Source: Octopus vulgaris (lineage: Eukaryota). Taken from it: a stretch of DNA of 64,000 nucleotides. Both the position numbers and the translations under genes were made by a program. The stretch covers positions 71,734,001 to 71,798,000 of the forward strand of contig OX597824.1 in assembly GCA_951406725.2 (NCBI GenBank), given 5' to 3'. The notes beneath the pieces are model-generated. The model had not been told where the DNA came from. It was given only the letters and a program-made list of their open reading frames with translations, and made no database searches. Shown piece by piece: positions 62,397-64,000 of this stretch. The stretch's first letter is position 1; every line of letters begins with the position of its first letter.

Positions 62397-62679
62397 CTAG
62401 TCATGCACTGCGTGTCTATTGTTTCTTATATAACACAAAAATCAATTTAAGGATATAGTGGTCATATACTGTCAACTCAATGTGACAGTCCCATAAGGGA
62501 ATTACACCACCGCCATTTAGCCCTAGGAAACACTGACGTCTTCTGTCGGCTTTGACACATTTTCTGTGTCCTTATATTTGCAAAGGGGAGGCAATCACCC
62601 CCGCCAGCTGGGACTAAGCACCTGAAGACATAGGGAAACACACAGACAGACAGACATTCTCAGTTTTATATATATAGAG
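62397..62679 (-). mobile_element. Helitron-like element, 5' end
   Basis: Minus strand begins TCTCTATATATATAAAACTGAGAATGTCTGTCTGTCTGTG. The 3' end is uncertain. Confidence 0.45.
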
Positions 62680-63369
62680 ATAAACATACACACATATGTA
62701 TACACACACGCTTGTTTACATATGTCTGTTCCATTTCATTATCAGCCACTGCAAAAATTTGAGCATGCTGATAATGAAATGATACCACACCTCTGTCTAT
62801 CTCGTTAAGGTAATTGGTTAGTAATGCACACCTCGTTTTTTACTGATTCCAATCTCCATTCCCATTTTTCTTTTCTTTTCTGCATTCTCCTCTACAGTTG
62901 ACTATTTTCAACTAAAGTGTCATATGTACCCAAGGAAAATGTACACTGGACAGTTACAGTACATTCATAATGTCACATAAGATACACCCGATGTACCTTC
63001 GAAACAACTGTAATACTCAACATCTTTTTTCCATCTCTTTTATTTGCAGGTTCAATTCTCGCATTATAAGCAGTGTTTGGTGGGTTTTTGATATGAAGTT
63101 GCATAGCACCTGTCATCTTAGAATTTTCTCTCAAATCTCAATATAGAAAAAAACTGACATCCCCCTACACATCCATATAACCTTCCATACACACATACAG
63201 GCATAAATACCCTAAATGTATAAATGTGTATATACAGGGCTAACACATACTATGTTTTTGTGGCTTATTATGTTATTGAGGAAATATTTTACAAAGCAAA
63301 AGTAAAAACACAAACAGTGAGGCTGGCACATCAAGTGAAATAGATGGAAAATTTATATAAAAAATATGT

Positions 63370-63770
63370 AGGTGCAGGTGTGGCTGTGTGGTAAGAAGCT
63401 TTCTTCCTAACCACATGGTCCTGGGTTCAGTCCCACTACATGGCACCTTGGGCAAGTGCTTTCATGATAATCTCAGCCTTGTGAGTGGATTTGGTAGATG
63501 GAATCTAAAAGAAGCCTGATGTGTGTGCATGTATGTCTTTGTGTTGTGTGTCTTTGTGTCCGTGCTTATCTCCCACTGCTGCTTGACAACTGCTTTTGGT
63601 GTATTTACATCCTTGTAGCTTTGCATCTCAGCAAAGGTGACTGAGAGAATAAGTACCAGGCTTAACAAAAAATAAGTACTGGGGTTGATTCATTCAACTA
63701 TAAATTCTTCAGGGCTGTGCCCCAGAATGGATGCAGTCAAATGACTGGAATAAGTAAGAAGAAAATAATA
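63370..63770 (+). mobile_element. tRNA-derived SINE, second family
   Basis: GTGGCTGTGTGGTAAGAAGC..GGGTTCAGTCCCACT..CACCTTGGGCAAGT head and ..GACTGGAATAAGTAAGA tail. Other copies near 5960, 31780, 42695, 43270-43790, 44150, 45685-46120 and 46325. Confidence 0.8.
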
Positions 63771-64000
63771 TCAAATATCATAACATCATGATAAGAACCA
63801 ACTTGTGACAGAGAAGAGCAAAAGTGGGCCTGGAGCTTTTTAAAGTTAGAAATTGTTACTTTTAATGTTTAATTACTATAATTTTGACGCCATCCAACTA
63901 ATAATAAATGTTTAAGTAAAATTAACATCTTCGTGTGCTAGTGAATGGCTGACACATGTCTTTTTCCATGTTGCAATCGTTTTAGTTTCAACACATAGTC

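Overview
This is AT-rich eukaryotic genomic DNA, dense in microsatellites and SINEs. It is very probably from an octopus or other cephalopod, inferred from the repeat families and not verified. The window holds the promoter and first 19 coding exons of a ZFYVE26/spastizin (SPG15) orthologue on the minus strand. The ATG is at 54746 and the gene runs off the left edge. All 19 exons have GT-AG boundaries with matching phases, giving 4983 nt (1661 codons). Exons 16-19 encode a DUF547-like domain whose usual CxxxC cysteines are replaced. Introns and the upstream region carry tRNA-derived SINEs, RTE and CR1 LINE remnants, mariner/Tc1 and piggyBac-like MITEs, Helitron pieces and foldback hairpins. 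The less expected elements are (i) three minimal type-I hammerhead ribozyme motifs plus two degenerate ones, in retrozyme/Penelope-like small elements, and (ii) a tandem pair of ORF1-only retroelements, one retaining a CCHC knuckle, whose 3' end resembles the tail of an abundant SINE.
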